Shown here piece after piece: positions 56,195-58,070 of a stretch of DNA of 58,070 nucleotides. A program made the translations under genes and the position numbers. The stretch covers positions 1-58,070 of the IMG/VR virus record IMGVR_UViG_3300048672_000503, one strand, 5' to 3'. Under the pieces are notes generated by a model. It did not search any database. It saw only the letters and a program-made list of their open reading frames with translations, and was not told where the DNA came from. This stretch comes from a virus (Duplodnaviria; Caudoviricetes). The stretch's first letter is position 1. Every line of letters starts with the position of its first letter.

Positions 56195-57736
56195 ATGACA
56201 AAAAGAACTACACAGCCAATAGACAATGCCAACATCTCATTGGCTTATGAGAATAACAAAGTGTCAGGAATAGTTGATGCAGTTGGCAATTATAAAAAAG
56301 TGTTATCAGTTCCAGGCAATAAAGCTGGTTACATGATTCCATTTGGCGATTCGTTTTTTGCAAGCATGTGGAGACCAACTGCTTTAACTGGGGGTGTGAT
56401 AACGGCTTCCAATGGTCTTGCAACATTAACCTTGACGGCAGCCAGTTCAGCATATACTGGTGCTTATTTCAGACTTGCATTGTCACCAACAGATGAATAC
56501 AACGATATTCATCAGGTATATGATTGCCCCACTTTAACAACAGTTCGATTTGTTTGCTCTGCAAATGCCCCAGCATCTGAAACATTGGTGAATCAGACTG
56601 CATGGTTCAACACTTCAAATTCCATAACTGCCAATTGCATCAATGTGATGAAAGCATTTTCAAAAAATCGCTTTTACATGCCGTATAATGGTGCCGTTGG
56701 TGGTGATGATTCATCAGAGGCATTGTTAAGATTTGAAAAGGATTTGTTATCACAAAAGCCCAATAGTGCATTGATTTTACTTGGAACAAACGATTCTGCT
56801 GGCTCAGACAATACAAATATAAATATATTTGTTGCTAATATGACGAAGATTTACACCAGATGTCTTGATGCTGGTATTATTGTTTATGCTTGCACAATAC
56901 CACCTATGGGGGCAACAAATGCAAGTGTAGCAGACACAACAAGGAATAGATTTATTCTACAGGCTAATAAATGGATTGTTGACTATGTGTCTAAAACCCC
57001 AGGAATGTTTTTGCATGATTTTTATTCATGGGCGACTGATCCAGCTCATGCACAGGGTGCCATGTCATCAACATATTGTACTGATGGAACACACTTCAAC
57101 ACCCAAGGCTGCTATCTTATTGGTAAAAAGATGGCGGCAAATTTTGACACTTGGTTATCCCCTGCTGTTGAAAGACTACCAATGTCCCAGGCAGATGGAT
57201 ATACATTTGACACTTCAAGTAAAAACCGATGGCTGAATCATTTATTTCAAGGTGCTGGCCCAGATGCTACAAGTTGGTCCACTGCTTTCCAAGGCACAGG
57301 CAACACAAAAACATCATCCGTAGTTGCAAGAACTCTCATAAAAGATGGTGATATCCTAGGAAACAATCAAAAAATAGCAATGAACTCAACAGCTTCTGGA
57401 TCAGCTGGCACTTCATTGGTGATACAAGATTGTAGCGCAAGGCTGACAGCTGGCAAAACATACATTGTTCGTGCCGCATGTTCATGGAAAAAGGGATCAT
57501 TCACGACTTTGAATCTTGAGATATCAATAACAAGTGTGGTCAGCTCAATATCAAAAGCAGCAAAAGCAGGCTTTGTTGATGTATTCGATGATACCGGCTA
57601 TGCACAATTTGAAACACCTCCCTTCATCTATCCAAGTGGAGTTTCAAGTGTTTCATTTTATTTACGTGGATTGACAACAGGTTCAGCGAGTGATGGTTTT
57701 GTTGAATGGGGTCGTGTCACATTTGAAGAACAATAA
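56195..57736 (+). CDS. SGNH/GDSL esterase-domain protein
   Basis: FGDS, AVGGD, LGTND, DGTH catalytic blocks; C-terminal beta-sandwich-like region. Confidence 0.85.
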   Translation: MTKRTTQPIDNANISLAYENNKVSGIVDAVGNYKKVLSVPGNKAGYMIPFGDSFFASMWRPTALTGGVITASNGLATLTLTAASSAYTGAYFRLALSPTDEYNDIHQVYDCPTLTTVRFVCSANAPASETLVNQTAWFNTSNSITANCINVMKAFSKNRFYMPYNGAVGGDDSSEALLRFEKDLLSQKPNSALILLGTNDSAGSDNTNINIFVANMTKIYTRCLDAGIIVYACTIPPMGATNASVADTTRNRFILQANKWIVDYVSKTPGMFLHDFYSWATDPAHAQGAMSSTYCTDGTHFNTQGCYLIGKKMAANFDTWLSPAVERLPMSQADGYTFDTSSKNRWLNHLFQGAGPDATSWSTAFQGTGNTKTSSVVARTLIKDGDILGNNQKIAMNSTASGSAGTSLVIQDCSARLTAGKTYIVRAACSWKKGSFTTLNLEISITSVVSSISKAAKAGFVDVFDDTGYAQFETPPFIYPSGVSSVSFYLRGLTTGSASDGFVEWGRVTFEEQ

Positions 57737-57972
57737 TGTATTTAAAACAGATGAATAGAGAAGAATGTGAAACCGACAGAATGCTTAATGTTGTTGACAC
57801 TAAAAATTGCTTAACAGAAGAAGAATTGCAAGAATTGAAAAAACTCGCGCATCTATCAATAACCACCAGATGGATTGTGGGTGTGCTTTTTGCAATTGTG
57901 GCAATGACTGGTGCACCATCGTTTATTGATTGGGTTGGCAGGGCATTTGGCCTTATAGTATTTAAGCATTAA
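57736..57972 (+). CDS. Small TM protein, possible holin
   Basis: C-terminal hydrophobic helix; precedes the spanin-like pair across the junction. Confidence 0.45.
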   Translation: MYLKQMNREECETDRMLNVVDTKNCLTEEELQELKKLAHLSITTRWIVGVLFAIVAMTGAPSFIDWVGRAFGLIVFKH

Positions 57973-58070
57973 TAATGTGTTATTCTGGAATTATCTATTA
58001 GTTGTTGTGTTGCTTGTTTTTTTAACTAACATAGGTCAATGTGTTGGTTCAAATACAATAGGCAAAGAAA
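57854..58070. repeat. Terminal direct repeat, right copy
   Basis: Matches 1-217. Confidence 0.95.

Noticed and set aside
1-58070. Prophage or lysogeny module
   Set aside because: No integrase, repressor, partition genes or host flanks recognised

Overview
The window is an essentially complete, circularly permuted genome of an AT-rich tailed phage with a contractile tail. The unit length is about 57,853 bp, since 1-217 recurs at 57854-58070. No integrase, repressor, tRNA or CRISPR was recognised, so it is probably lytic. Layout: (i) + strand virion module at 50.5-58 kb wrapping into 1-20.9 kb: TerS, TerL, portal fused to a Nudix domain, MuF, SGNH esterase, DUF2213 head-maturation protein, DUF2184-type major capsid, neck, sheath, tube, frameshifted tail chaperone, tape measure with lytic transglycosylase, baseplate, tailspike and fibre, with lysis genes scattered among them. 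(ii) - strand early/middle block at 21-41.5 kb: SNF2 helicase, VRR-NUC nuclease, DnaE, DnaQ-like exonuclease, GHKL ATPase and a nucleotide/sugar-modification cluster, punctuated by six copies of a ~95-bp promoter-hairpin-RBS cassette. (iii) + strand replication block at 41.6-49.5 kb: heptad-repeat protein, SSB-like protein, primase-helicase, then a repeat-rich non-coding region. Most notable: a candidate DNA hypermodification pathway built round a non-canonical ThyX; a phage-encoded PEP-CTERM protein; a shared HIHIH / (T/A)KD peptide code on head-associated proteins; and a twice-present inverted-repeat element whose core is flipped relative to its flanks. All family assignments come from motif recognition by eye; no database search was run.
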